From: Lama glama
Taxonomy: Eukaryota
Reading direction: 5' to 3'
Length of the DNA stretch: 64,000 bases
Assembly (NCBI GenBank): GCA_028534125.1
Contig: CM052816.1
Coordinates: forward strand, 91,886,001-91,950,000
The notes beneath the pieces are model-generated. The model did not search any database. It saw only the letters and a list, made by a program, of their open reading frames with translations, and was not told where the DNA came from. This document shows positions 13,735 through 26,959 of this stretch, piece after piece. The stretch's first letter is position 1. Each line of letters starts with the position of its first letter. Made by a program: the position numbers and the translations under genes.

Positions 13735-14785
13735 GTCTCCAAAGAAGTTACAGAGATGGAAAAGATGCATATAAAAAGATGCTCCACATCCTAGGTCATC
13801 AGGGGAATGCAAACTAAAACAATGGTAAAATGTCACTACACAGGTATTAGAATGGCCAAAATCGAGAATACTGAAAACACCAAATGCTGGCAAGGATGTG
13901 GAACAACAGGAAGTCCGGCTCCTTGCCGGTGGGAGTGCAAAATGGTGCAGCCACTCTGGAAGGCAACCGGGTGGTTTCTTCCAGAACTAAATACTCTTAC
14001 CATATGATCCAGCAATCACATTCCTTGAGACTTACCCAAATGAGCTGAAAACTTACTTCCACACAAAAACCTGCAAATGGATGTTTATTCATAATTGCCA
14101 AAACTTGGAAGCAGCCAAGATGCTCTTCAGTAAGTCAATGGATAAATAAACTGAGGTCCACCCAGACAATGGGCTATTAATTCGGTGTTAAAAAGCAATG
14201 CGCTATCAATCCATGAAAAGACCTGGACAAAACTTGCCCTGAAACTAACACTGTAAATTAACTACACTTCAATAAATAATTTTTTTAAAAAGACATGGGG
14301 GAGACTTAAATGCCTATTACTGAGTGAGAGAAGCCAGTCTGAAAAGGGTACATACGGTATCATCCCAACTACAGTATCTCACGTTCTGGAAAAGACACTA
14401 CTATGGAGACAGTCAAAAGATCAGCAGCTGCCAGGGGTTAGTGGGGAGCGAGGGATGAGGGTGTGGTGCACAGTGGGTTTTTTAGGGCAGGGAAACTGTT
14501 CTGTATGACACTACAACTGTGGGTACCTGTCACTAGACATCTGTCAAACCCCCTAGAATGTACAACACTAAGAGTGAACCCTAATGTGAACAGTGGACTC
14601 TGAGTGACCATGACATGTCAGTCCAGGTTCCTCAGTGGTAATGCCTGCACCACTCTGGTGGAGGGTGTTGCTATGAGGGAGGCTGTGAGTACGTGGGGGC
14701 AGAGGTTATGTGGGAAATCACTGGACATTTTTCTTAGTTTTGCTGTGAACCTAAAGCTGCTCTCAAAAAATAAAATCTATTTAAG
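13735..14785 (+). mobile_element. Old L1 (L1MC-type) ORF2 end plus 3' UTR
   Basis: Degenerate ORF2 C-terminus (ORF track 13807-14007: KCWQGCG...WECKMVQPLWK) and an L1MC-like 3' UTR ending TTTTGCTGTGAACCTAAAGCTGCTCTCAAAAAATAAA. Confidence 0.85.
14236..14287 (+). mobile_element. ~50-bp extremely 5'-truncated younger L1 nested in the old L1
   Basis: CTGAAACTAACACTGTAAATTAACTACACTTCAATAAA is an L1 terminal motif. It is flanked by the degenerate duplication AAAAGACCTGGACAAAACTT / AAAAGACATGGGGGAGACTT. Confidence 0.65.
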
Positions 14786-17544
14786 AGGAAAGCAAAAAGG
14801 GTTGGGGCCGGGAGTGTGGAGTGGAGGTGCGGGAGGGGTGCTACTCCCACATTAAGCAACTAGCAATATTTTGTTGAATATTCTCAGAAGTGCCTCCCTT
14901 GTCTCATCTGTAGTAAACAAGGGAGTGAATACTCTGGCTGAAGAAGTAGCCAGATTTTAAAAATTACCCCTGATCCTCCCTACATTCCTCAGACTTCCAA
15001 ATTATCCACATGGAGAATTAATCATATTTTGGCCTTTGATGCTGCCAAGCCACACAATGAAACTCCTGACCCAGATTCCTCCGATGCTGCACAATCAGCA
15101 CACGGTGAAAAAGTACAGCCCAGAGGAACCAAGATCCTTCACTGTTGAGGTGATTTTTCTGGTTTTCTGAGTTATTCTGACATGACCTTTGTTCCCGTTA
15201 TTTGCCTCCAGGATAACATTTATTCAACCATTTTCACAACTCTTTTAGAATCTGATAAAAAATTATGTCTCCTCTACCCATTTCTGTATGTAATTTCATG
15301 TCTCTGTGGGCTCTCTGAAACTCATTCACAAATTCCCTCAGCTCCCTACACGTAAACAATGCTTAATATCACTCATAACCACACGCCATGCACTCTGTAT
15401 CCCACCACAAAAACGTTTTGGCATTTCTTTGGAGCCGAAATGAGAAAACAATGTATCCCCACAAGCCAATCAGTTTTTCATCATTTTCATCAAATGTTTA
15501 TAGAACAGCCACAAGATACAGAGCATCAGGACAGGAGGGTGGCTGGCACTGGACTCACAGTGTGATTCTCTAAGAAACGCTTTCCTTGCCCAACGGCATG
15601 CACTCGAGTGATTGCAACTACAGGATGATGCTCCCAAATCTCTCTGACCCAGATTTCCTTCCAAGCTTGGACTGGAAAGGCTACTGGGCATCCTCATTTG
15701 GGCACAGTTACCCCAAAGTCAACAAATCGGGAACACACTATCTTGCCCCCAAATTGAGCTCCTGGTGCAGCATATCCCCCGCTTGGTGAACGGCACCCCT
15801 GTCTAACCATCATCCACATGAGAAACAGGGGATACTCTTTGAGCCTTCTCCTTTATTCAGATATCCAATCCATCCACAAAGTTCTGCCCCCCGTGAAACC
15901 CTAAGTGGTTCTTGAATCCATTCACCCCTATAACCACTGCTCTGGTTGCGTTTGATTGACAACATTGATGTATGTGAAGTGAGTTTTTCTTTAACTCTGA
16001 ATCTCCCCCTCTAAAGGCATAAGACCCTTTGTTCTCTGATTAGAGACCTGGAAGACACAGCTGAAGGATGAGCAGATATTGGAGGACAACCCTGGAAGCA
16101 GAGCCCCGTGAGTGAGGGCACTGGTCACTGAAATTTTCTAACGATGAGGCAGTTTTGATTCCGGGTGGTCAGGAAGGTTTAGAAAGGGTGATTTTTATTC
16201 AGCCTTAATTAAAGCCTTTAATTTTCAACTCAGCCAAGAAAATATCTGACTGATACAAACAATAATTTGGCCCTCAGACTACATCCTCAAGGAATTATCT
16301 TAGAAATGTGGCCTTTATCCAAGTGCTAAATCCAGAAAAATAAAGGCTGTTGAAGAACCATTCAGTCACAGCTTCTTCTCCTTAACAAATTAAACCAGTA
16401 TCTGGACCAGATTATTCAAGAAACGTTCACTCTCATTTCTAAATATTTTTAAGCGGTGGAAGACAATATCATTTATTATTAAAATGGGGAACCTCTGTGA
16501 CTATGCTAAGAATTTTCAGGAAACCAAAGCTCTTCAATTTTAGTGTCTACAAGAAACAGACGTTGCAAAAAGACACAGCGGACTACACAACACTGAACAC
16601 TTCCTCACCAAGCATATCGGGCACATATGGTTTAGTTTTAATAACAACCAGGAATAACTTTGGTTTAGTACTCACTATATACCGATCAGTATGTTAACAT
16701 TTTATACGAGACACATCATCTCACAGAAGCTATGATATTCTTGCTAAAAGCACCTCCATTTTATGATTGGAGACACCAAGGTCTAGGGAGGTTGGTGATT
16801 TATCAAAGATCGCACAATCTTGACCTCAAGCCAACAAGACCAACAAAGAGTGTCTTTGAGTATAACTTCATGTCATAGAGGAAGGCAACAACAGGAGGCA
16901 GGCAAATTAAATTTGATGTAGTTTACGTCCTAGAAAAGGTGGAGGAGGGCAGGACGAGGAGGGAGGGAATGGTAGCATACAAAGACCAGTTTAGCGCCAG
17001 GTACACAGTAGGCTTCCATAAACTATGACTGATTAAGTTGAAAGGGTAGGTAACTAAGGAAAACTGGGCTAGACGAGGTAAAATCTTGAGAACTCGCAAA
17101 ACTGAAATGAAAATGGCATTATAACAAACATGCAGAGTAAAAAGGATTTATTGACACGTGACCACTTTGGCCTCCCACAAACCCTCATGTGACCCCAGCC
17201 AGTCTGCCTCCACCCCAGAGCCAGTCCCATTTAACCATTCCAAACCACCAGTACATTCCTGAAAATGCTGAGTTTGCTGTCCAGCAGGGATCTATTAGCC
17301 AACCTTGAAATTAGCTTTTTTTAGAGTTGCATTTCATGTCATTACAAAGTCACCACATCACCAATTACATTTAATAATGTTTTTATTGTAATAGTTCTTT
17401 ATTCTAATGTGAATTTCAGAAAATTATTAAAAGTATGATTAAGAAAGAATAAATCATGTATGTCACAACTCAGAGATCATAATACTTGCATGCTCTTGCT
17501 TTTGGTTCCTTTCTATGTATATATGTTTTACCCACTTACTACTT

Positions 17545-18066
17545 ATCTATGTCTGCCCCTGGGTTGGCTCCTAGGAGATAGCCTCTGAACTTTTAGAATA
17601 TTCTGCCTGATATGAGTATTTTTGTATGCCTGAGACCTTGAGCCATTCCAGACTAACGTGACCAGGTAAGTTTATTTATTTATGGTGAGTGCCTATTTTT
17701 GCTCCAAGAGGCTGAAATCTGAGTAGCTGTATGCCTACATGACTGACCCCCAATAGAAACTCAGCCTCAGGGGAGAATTCCAGGTTGGTACGAAGGCTAG
17801 AGTCAGTGTCCCTGGTTGTTAATACTTTGCACGTGTTGTCCCACATCACTGCCGGGAAAAATCAGGCACACCCCATGTGACTCCACTGGGAGAGGACACT
17901 TAGAAGCTTACCCTCTGCTTCTCCTGGACTTAAACAAATGAGCCTTTTTTCCTTTGCTGATTTTAATCTGTATCCTTTCACTGTGATAAACTGTAACCAT
18001 GAGTATAATAATTTTTGAGTCCTGTGAATTATTGAGCCTTGAAGGTAGTCTTAGGGACCTCTGACA
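17545..18066 (+). mobile_element. MER21-like ERV LTR
   Basis: TGCCTACATGACTGACCCCCAATA, GTGACTCCACTGGGAGAGGAC and TTTGCTGATTTTAATCTGTATCCTTTC motifs, ending GGGACCTCTGACA. Confidence 0.75.
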
Positions 18067-18374
18067 TAATCTGCTTACCTGAGAACTATGTAAGCTTAAG
18101 TTGAGCCAAACTCCAATATAACCCAATCATGTGTTTAAATAATGAAAAAAAACTCAAAGAACACACTCTAAGGATCCATTAATGGACACACAGGTTTATT
18201 TAGTAATAAATTCACCCAACAGATGTGTTATTGGGTCCCATTATGTACCCGACAATAGGAGGCAACAGTTATAGGACAGTGCCCTACTCTACTTCTGTGT
18301 TCTAGGAGGGACATCAACAGTATGGAGTCTGGACAGAGAAGGGCAACCAAGATGGTTGACAGTTTTGTAAACCA

Positions 18375-18805
18375 TCTGTATGAGTTAGAAGACAAGGAAA
18401 AACCTCACTAAACATGGCTTAAACTAGTAAGAGTTTATTTTTCTCACGTAACACAAAGTATGGCAGTCAGGAATAGCCGGCATTAATTCAACTACTCATT
18501 ACTGCAATCAGGGAACAAAGTAGTTTCTTTCTGTTCCAGCTTCCTCGGCACAATGGATTTCATCACCATGCATATTACCTAAGAGCTGCAAGAGGGCTGC
18601 TACAGCTCCAGACATCGCAAATTCAACTAAGCTTTCCCGGAACTCCCAGAGATACTGATTTCATTTCATAGGCTACAGCAGCCACGAAGCTACTCCAGTC
18701 ATGGAGTCTAGGGAAACTACTTTATGTGGCACACCATCACCCCAACTGGGGCTTCTATTGGCATGACAGCTAGGAACGGGGATACTGTAGCCAACCAATA
18801 GTAAC
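18375..18805 (-). mobile_element. MLT1-type (MaLR) LTR relic
   Basis: TGGCTTAAAC...TTTATTTTTCTCAC...GGCTGCTACAGCTCCAGACATC motifs. Confidence 0.55.
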
Positions 18806-19235
18806 TACACCACCACCTGGGACAGGGATGCTTCACATACTGATGCAAATAAGAAAAAGAGGAAACTGGGCATAAAGAAGGAGAGTACAGGAAGCACAGG
18901 AGAAAAGTAATATTTTTGAAACCCTGCCTTTGAAAAAGTTGAAGGCGCTGAGTTAAAACATTTAGCCTGGGGATTCCAATCCTTTTTTTGAGAGTTAATT
19001 TGTGAGGAGAGGCGAGGAGCCAGATCATAAATGTCCTGCTCGACTCCACCAAACAGGGTCCTGGACATATAGTCTGGGGACCATGAAAGTTAAAGAAACT
19101 ATGTCCTAAGTAGATGAGGGAAAACAAAATTCTGGGGTCCACACAGAGGTTTGTTTCCCTCTTAGACAATCGTAATACGCTACTCAAGGTCCCCGAGGCT
19201 TTTCCTCTCCAACTCCTGCCATGTGTCCTTCAAAG

Positions 19236-19710
19236 TGAAAGATTCTCTCCTTGACCAAACGCTAGTTAGGCTCCTTTGAACCCTCTTCCTAACTAAGCCT
19301 TGACTTTCAGACCTGTGTCCTTCTTTGCATTGCCAAATTTTAACAAGAATCCTGTTACGTCATGTTAGCAAGAATCACCCATCTTCCATATCTGACCAAA
19401 TTCTTCATCCCCCGCCATCCCCCAGGTGATGACTGATCATCCTGTATGCCCTCAGCAAGAATCTTGTGAGGGAGGCTAGCCAGAAACCCCCACCCCTATC
19501 AGTAGTGCTTCCTCTCATCAATTTTCCATCCACTGACTCCCCATCCTGCCCCTGGACTGAAAATTTCCACATCTCCTTGTGGTATCGGGAGTTGAGCCCA
19601 TTTCTCTCCCTGCTGCAAAGCCCCACTGCAGTGATTCCCTACACCTACCGTGACAGTCCTCCTGCCTTCCAGTTCTTTAACAAGTGTCATGAATAAATTT
19701 TTATTTAATA
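19236..19710 (+). mobile_element. MER31-like ERV1 solo LTR
   Basis: TG start, then TCTCTCCTTGACCAAAC...AGGCTCC, with the end AACAAGTGTCATGAATAAATTT. A 4-bp TSD AAAG lies on both sides (19232-19235, 19711-19714). Confidence 0.75.
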
Positions 19711-20017
19711 AAAGCCATGAGGAGGAGACAGGAATAAACAGAAGGAAAGGGAAACATTTATCCAGAGAAGGACCCCAATAGAACGCTATGTCTGAAGAGC
19801 ATCAGATGGAATTTGCAAGAAAACAGATTTTGTCTCAGTGAAGAATACCCGAAGAATGAGAACCATTCTACCCTTCAAACAGATCTGCACTGACATGCAA
19901 CGCATCTTGAAACAGGAGAAATTTGAGAGTCACAGTATTGTATATATACCAATTAAGGTAGTAGGGAAGACATTCCTTCTTGGATAAGAGGTTGGACCAG
20001 ATGATTAAGGATCCCCC

Positions 20018-20463
20018 TGTGTATCAAAAAGGTCGCCTGTCCTATCAGTAAACAAAGGCTGTTGCAGCCATCAAGCCAGCAGCCACTGTGGCCACTCCCA
20101 ACTGTGCACCTTGAGGTGTTCAGGATGGAGAAAAGCAGGAGACTGGCCCTAGATAGTTAAGGTGCATGTCAAAGGAATGATCTCATGAACCAAGATTCTT
20201 ATATCTTTCCATACATGCAAAAGCACTAACTCCATGAACTTGATACATCTGTTTTGCTTTAATTAACAGTAATCTTTTAAAGTTCCAACTACCTGGCTTT
20301 CGTTGCAAAAATTCCTATATGTCCTAGCTCCTCCCTTACCAATTGAGAGCAGTCGCTCAGAGTCATCTGAGAGGCTGTGTTCCAGGCTCAAGTCCTTCGG
20401 AAGTCCACCAAATAAAACCTAATTCTCAACTTTTAGGTCATGCATTTTTTTTTTCAGTCGACA
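20018..20463 (+). mobile_element. ERV1 solo LTR, MER41-like artiodactyl family
   Basis: TG...CA termini, AGTAAACAAAGG, GAGGCTG...AAGTCC...AAATAAAAC poly(A) signal region. It interrupts a MIR3/MER103-like end (AAGGATCCC | CAACTCTAAGATTCTA). Confidence 0.7.
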
Positions 20464-22627
20464 CCCTGCAACTCTAAGATTCTAAGTGTTTTCTAAAAAC
20501 ACTTCTCTGAATAAAGCTTATGAACCATATAATTGGAAGGAAATGGATTTAAATGTTAACAGTGATTTTCTCTGGGTAGTAAGATTATGGTGATTGTAAT
20601 TTCATATTTTTTGCTTAGCTATATCCTCTAAATGTTTTGTAGTAACTCTGTGAGAACATTTTAGAGAAACTCCTTTTCAGGTAAAAGGGGAAATTCTGTC
20701 TATATACATTTGACCAGGTGACAATGATAACATATTAGCTTTCATGTCTTAGGAACTGAATTTAAAAATCATCATGGCCTAATAATATTAGAAGGTAATC
20801 TTTTGTATTGATTAACTCATAGAGATAAATATTTTATACTTTCTCAAGCTGATAACAAGAAAAAATAACCATCATGGATATTCCATTTTCTTCCTCAATT
20901 GACTCTTCCAGCTATTATAAATTAAATTTAGACACTGTGATACTAGAATATAATGATTAAAGTGGGAAAGTGTATTATAGACCTAATAGTTTTATTATAC
21001 TTTACATTACTGATGAATGTTTATTTTCCAAGAATCTCACCTCACTTTTGAGTTACTTGAAGCTCGAGGCAGCTTAAAGGCAAAAAAATATAAAAATAAA
21101 AATAAAAGCCTGAAAATGAAGAATGCAAAACACTGTCCTTTTTTCTAGTCTAAGTATACCTAGACTAGGGACAATCTACCAAGTTTAGGACAACCAACAT
21201 GTGTAAAAGTCAAGAAACCAACCGAACTACAGCCGTGTGAATAATTAGCAAGATTTAGCACGGCTCCACCCAACCCTGAAAGAATGGAGAGTCATTCTGA
21301 AATAAACCCAGGGCTGATGCTGAGAGCCCAGGCATTGTAAGCACTCCAGGCAGTTTACAGTAGCTTCAAGTACTTTCTAGGAAGGCTACGCTCCTTCCTT
21401 GGCATAGACGAGCCTCATGGGCTCCAGAAAGCAACTGGCCCAGGATGGTCTAAGTGGAGGGTACATTTCCATGCCCCTTAACTCTCTTAGTCTAGATCTG
21501 ATTATGAGGTTTCCCATCCCCCATGACAACATGCTCACACTGACTGCATTTAGAGTCTGATTTTATGCAGGAATGTTCCTCTTCTATTTGTGGGTGCAGT
21601 CTTTCTCAAGCAGGCTTCCCTCTAGTGGAGCAGCAAGCTCCCGCCCTGTTCCTGGGAGCGTCCCAGGTCTGTTTTGAATAAAGAGGCTCTAATTGTTTTG
21701 AGATTCTGACATGAGATACTCATTGTTTTACACTGATTAAATGGCTTCTTGATCATTCTTCCCTGGACTGGATGTTAACCAAAACTTTAAGGGCAACCAA
21801 AAGATGCCTTTGGAATTCTTTTTCCCACAAACAGGCATGCAGCTTTTCTCCCCAGGCAAGGCGTGAGCAAATGGGCTAACAGAATTCTCGGGAGAGTATC
21901 TGCTCACAGGTAAATAGGGTAACTCTTCTCGGGTATTCTGTGCCCAAGATCCCTGCTCCAGCCCACCAGCCCTGCCTGCCATCCCCTCCAAGGAGCTTAC
22001 TCCCAAATGTCACCCTATCACATCACGCACTCCCACTGGCAAGAAAAGCTGCCCATCCCCTCTGCCAAGCCAAAGTCCCTCTGACTTTCCATGGTAACCC
22101 CAAACCCAGGCTCCCTGAGCAGGAGTCCCTCCTCTGCCCTACCCACCGCAGATGACCTCATTCCTCCCCCCAGCTTCTTTCATCACCTCCACTTCATTGC
22201 CAACAAGCACACACAGCAGTACTTTACGTTTTAGTGGGTGACTTCATGCTCAGAACTGATGACCGTGTTTGTGTAAGTATGGGTGTCCTCGCCTCTACAA
22301 AACTCAAAACCTAGGCATCCAGGCTCCTAAACAGCAGGGAGCATCTAAGATCTAACGCTCTTCTAATATTTCAAATGACCTTGTGCAATACGTTGCAGGG
22401 AGGGGATTGTTAACAGATTTGAGTCAGGGAGATGCTGATAGGCTAGAATTTTTAATGTGCGATCCAGATTGGCGAAACCCAAACTGTTCAAAAGTCCCTT
22501 CTTATTCCATTCCGGGGACAACTCCCGTATCGATGCCTGTGATGATTTCTGTCCCCTGGGCCTTCTGTCACACAATAGAGTCTTTGTCTACAGATGTATA
22601 TATGTCTGGATGTATATGCAGTATGTA

Positions 22628-22632
<5 letters not shown>

Positions 22633-22659
<27 letters not shown>
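22633..22659 (+). repeat. (CA)n microsatellite
   Basis: Direct observation. Confidence 0.9.
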
Positions 22660-23835
22660 GAGCAATGCACAAAGGAAAAGCATTCTACTGGGAAGCAAGA
22701 TAACTGGGCTAAGGTACAACTCAGTAACTGACCCGTGGACCTGTGCACAGGCGACAGCACTTTACCAGCTTCAATGACCTCATATGCAAAATGGAAAACT
22801 ATGACTGGAACATTCCAGAGAAGGTGGGGTCTCCTTCTCAAAGTACCATGATAAAAGGAAAGCATTGCTGTGGATTTTTTTTTTAAATGGATGAGGTCCG
22901 ACTCATTCATTAGTAACTACATGAAAAATAAAAAAATTGGAAGACAGGTGTCCTCTTCAGTGTTCCTTTTGCAAGAGACAGTTTTTCTACTTTTCTACAT
23001 AAAGATGTGCCTAAATTGAGTACATACGGAGAAGAGCTACCAGTTAAAAAGTGCCTTCAACAGGAGCTTCCAACTGACCGTAGGAATTTTTAACTCATTT
23101 AAAAATCTCACAGTTGGCCTCTGAGCTAGGTGCTGCTATTCTCATTCTAAAGCTGGGGAAACTGAGGCCTGGGAGATTATTTCTCTGGTTCATGGTCACA
23201 GAGCTCATAAGAGGCAGAGCCAGGTTTCAAACTGTGAGATGACAGACATGTATGTTACAAAGAGAAGTTTCTGCGGAGAGCTACACAGTGTTAGAAATCC
23301 CTGACATTCCCAAGTTTTAAACCTAGTGGGACAGATGGCAAACATCACAGGTTCCTGGAGCTGGGGGTAGCCGTCAGCATGGGTCCCCTGAACATCCCAC
23401 CCAGACGTCTTCCCTTCCCACTGGCCCGAGGCCTCTCCTGTCCCTTCCGCATGGGACAGAACATAAGTTACAAAGTACAATAGCTGCAGAAAGATGAGTG
23501 GAAAAAGGTGAGTTGAAGGTTCCCTATATTGTAACTTGATCTCCTACAATCAACGGATAGAGTCTAACACACCGTCTGAGAAGAGAGAAAATTCAACACG
23601 CAGATGACAGTAAGTAAAAGTGGAAGTTGACTGACCCACAGCAATCAATGCAACTGCGTGAGTTACTGTTCCACGCTACCTGATAGTAACACCTGATAGC
23701 TCGCCAAAGTATACTCTAATGACTTCATAATCCCAGCACGTTTGGGTTAAGAGAGAGGAGGGTCAGCAGCAGCAAGTAGGAGAGAAATCACACCCACAGG
23801 TGCACAAAGACAGCTCCCGTTTTGATTCTAAAAGG

Positions 23836-23895
23836 AAAGGAAAATATAATTCCACTAATTTGCAAAGGAAAATATAATTCCACTAATTTGCAAAG
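23836..23895. repeat. perfect 28-bp tandem duplication
   Basis: AAAGGAAAATATAATTCCACTAATTTGC x2 plus AAAG. Confidence 0.95.
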
Positions 23896-24864
23896 AATGT
23901 CTTTGGCTTCTCTACAAGAGGTTGACCGATTTATTATAGAAACGAGCCCTTCTGTCTCTCAAGGAAGCATCATTTACTCACACTAACGGACTGTAAAATC
24001 CATTCCTTTAAAGGATACTTCATTGTCTTAGCGGAGACTTCTGCTTAGAGTAGCAAGAGCATCCATTTCTTCCAAATCCCCAAATCCACCAAGCACTGCA
24101 AACACAGAGAGTCACAGCTCGGTGGTTCCCACAAGAATCTAGAAGGAGCCACACCACACACTCAGGTGACTTAGAATAAAACCAGCTGTGTAAAACACTC
24201 TGCTTTGGTTTACTGGAATTTTACGTCCATATTTGCTTAAGTGATGACATTGTTAATGCTGAGAGTCAAGCACCATCTAAATTAAATCCACATGTCCATC
24301 TCTCCTAACATCCAAGTTAATGATGGCAAATGGACCGTCACCTTAAATATCATATCTCTACATTAAGCATTCACTCTGGTAAAAACTGCTGACTGTGCCC
24401 CAAATCCATTCTTTCTTTCTTCCACAATCAGAGTCAAAGCTGCTCATGTGACACTAAGCTAAAGGCCACATTTTCAAGCCTCACCTGCATCAAGGTGTCG
24501 ATGTGTGGCTCAAAGGATGTGTGTTTGGGTCAACAGGCTGTGAACCAAAGTGATGTTACAATGTCTGGCTTGTTTTCAACCAATAAGAAAGCCACTTGCA
24601 CCAGAGTTCTTTTTGCTCTTCCTGTAAACTGGGACACACAGGTGCACATAATGCCATGAGACTGATGGGTCAAAAGATGGATGGAACCGTATCCCAGTAT
24701 GATTTACCATGCATGTCCCATCTGGATATTATATAAATTTCTTTAAATTCTTTCATTTACTGTATTTTTATAGTCCCTTGTTAAAGCAGCTTAGTTTTAG
24801 CCCAACAAATTCAGTGAAATCAACCTGTTGGTACCATTTACCCTAACTCCCATCCTCTGTGACA

Positions 24865-25052
24865 ACACTGCCCAATAGGACTTGCTCGTGGTGGAACTGT
24901 TCGTTATCTCCACTGCGCAACGTGGTAGCCACGTGGGGAGATTCAGACCTTGAAATGCAGCCAGTGTGCCTACAGAATCAAATTTCTAGTTGTATTTCAC
25001 TATAGTTAATTAAAAACTAGTTGCCAGTTACTACTTTATTGGGCAATGCAGT
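24865..25052. mobile_element. MER3-like hAT-Charlie MITE
   Basis: Terminal inverted repeats CACTGCCCAATA ... TATTGGGCAATG, with internal GGTAGCCAC and TTGAAATG motifs. Confidence 0.7.
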
Positions 25053-26779
25053 ATCTAGAACACGTAAAACTGTGAATGTACAACAATTAGGAAGACTCAT
25101 TATCATGATAGAAATACCAATATTTTACAGCCCAGAGCTTTTTGCTAGACTGTAACAGAGCAATAGGAAGGCCGCAAACCACAATTTTCTCAAAGCCGAA
25201 ATAGATGTTGGGCTGAGACTGCAGGATGAAGTGTTTAGGGTTGTCATTTTAAACTCGACACCAGCTTATATTTCAACATGAAGGACACTTGGGATTCTTT
25301 CACACTATCATCAATACATTTCTCTTCCATAAAACTAAACTCAGCAGATTATTTTTGTTGGAGAGACAAATACAAAGCAGTTAGCAACAATCAGGCCAAC
25401 CAAGAAGTTACCATCTTTGTTCCACTGCACCGAGACCTGGGACAGTAAAACTTAATTTCAAGATTTCTGGAACATCTTCTGATCGACTGGGGTACTTGTT
25501 TTGTAAAACTCCACATGGAGAGGTCACGTTTGCATTTATATTTGTAAAATACTGCGAAACTCCGAGAAAAGACTGTGTTAGAAAGGAGACAGATGCCACG
25601 GGAAACAGCCATCTGAAACATGTAGCTGAGGCTCTGAATACAATTATGAGAAACAAATAAACCAAACTGGGCAGATTGCCCAGAGACAACAGTCAAATGT
25701 AAACTTTGGAGAGAGACAGAAATGAAGGGAGGGTACAGGGACCAGAGGGGGCCGGCAGAGGGGATGAGGGCAAGTGAGGGGGGGAAAAGAAGATGGGGAG
25801 GGGGAGAGAGGTGGAGGGAAAATAAGCCGCCTAGAGCAGGACAAATAATACAATGGCCATGAAGAGGCAAACCAAACAGAAGTGACTCGTCCGAAGTTCT
25901 GAGGGTACTGGCAACAGCCCTCATTCAAGCACTCAGGTGAGGGATTTACATAGACAGGTTGTACTTGGTTTTTGCCCCAGGGTGAGTTTATTAGTAATCG
26001 GAATTGTATGCTCCTGTCTCCATTGTTGGACAAACTTAAACAGCAATGAAAACAGTATTTTCTAATCGCCACTAAAAGGTGAATCCAAATCTTCCCTCAG
26101 CACAAAGCAAGTTATCATTGTTTCAAGATTTAACATATTCGGATACAAAGCAGTAACAAATAGAGGGGAATACACCAGCCCATCACCCCTTAGCCTGCAA
26201 GCACCTGCAGAGAGAAGGAGGCTCCCTCTTACACGCAAAGTTGGGTGTTTCTCTTTTTCTTCCTTTTTCCAGTAAGAAAGGGGCATCGCACTCATCCTGT
26301 CCTTAGGACTTGAAACTGCAAAACTTAAGTGCTGCAACAGTTTTAAATTAAATGATATTATCCAAAGAGGAGAGAACTCTGTGTGCTCAGAATAAACAGC
26401 TACAATTTTTATTTCCCAAAGTGAAAGTGTTTAAAACTGTAGTTTATAAATGTTGCCCAGACATACAATGTAGAATAATAGACTAAGGGCTGGACTAGGA
26501 CACAGTGTCTGATTCCAACTCTGCCTTAAATCAGTTAAATAATAATCACGGTAATAACAATCATAAGAGCATCCTATTTAACCTACTCTAAGCTCCACTG
26601 CCACCCCAACTGCCCATTTAACACCTTCACCTTACAACCAATATTACCTTAAAATCACTGCGGCACATTGTATTTTGTGAAAACTTCTAGTCATACATCC
26701 CAAGTTCGAGAAGGCAGCAGTCCCAATGCATCTCAGACTTGATGAAATGCAGGTTATAGTAAATCAAAATGTAGCATTT

Positions 26780-26949
26780 GGGGAGGTGGGTATACCCATC
26801 TCAGTGGTAGAGTGAATGAATGCCTAGCATGCATGAGGTCCTGGGTTCAATCCCCAGCACCTCCTTAAAAATAAATAAACTTTATTACTGCCCCCCAAAA
26901 AAACCAAACAAGCAAAAAAACAGTCAAACCAAAAATCCAAAAACAAAAA
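26780..26949 (+). mobile_element. Vic-1-like camelid tRNA-derived SINE
   Basis: GGGGAGG...CTCAGTGGTAGAG...TAGCATGCATGAGGTCCTGGGTTCAATCCCCAGCACCTCC head with a B box, an AATAAA/A-rich tail, and TSD core GTAGCATT at 26771-26778 and 26950-26957. Confidence 0.85.
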
Positions 26950-26959
26950 GTAGCATTGG

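Noticed and set aside
13807..14007. 66-aa ORF with a conserved-looking WECKMVQPLWK motif
   Set aside because: It is the decayed L1 ORF2 C-terminus, not a host gene.
18634..18642. Perfect GAS/STAT site TTCCCGGAA (also at 51690-51698)
   Set aside because: Isolated 9-mers are not distinguishable from chance in 64 kb without chromatin data.
22363..22575. CpG-containing 70-aa minus-strand ORF as a possible exon
   Set aside because: Weak splice signals and no similarity to FBXL7 or any protein I recognise.
25391..25924. 177-aa ORF whose tail resembles a mitochondrial targeting peptide (MFQMAVSRGICLL...)
   Set aside because: No recognisable homologue. The upstream part derives from a purine/pyrimidine-biased tract, and no downstream exon continues that frame.
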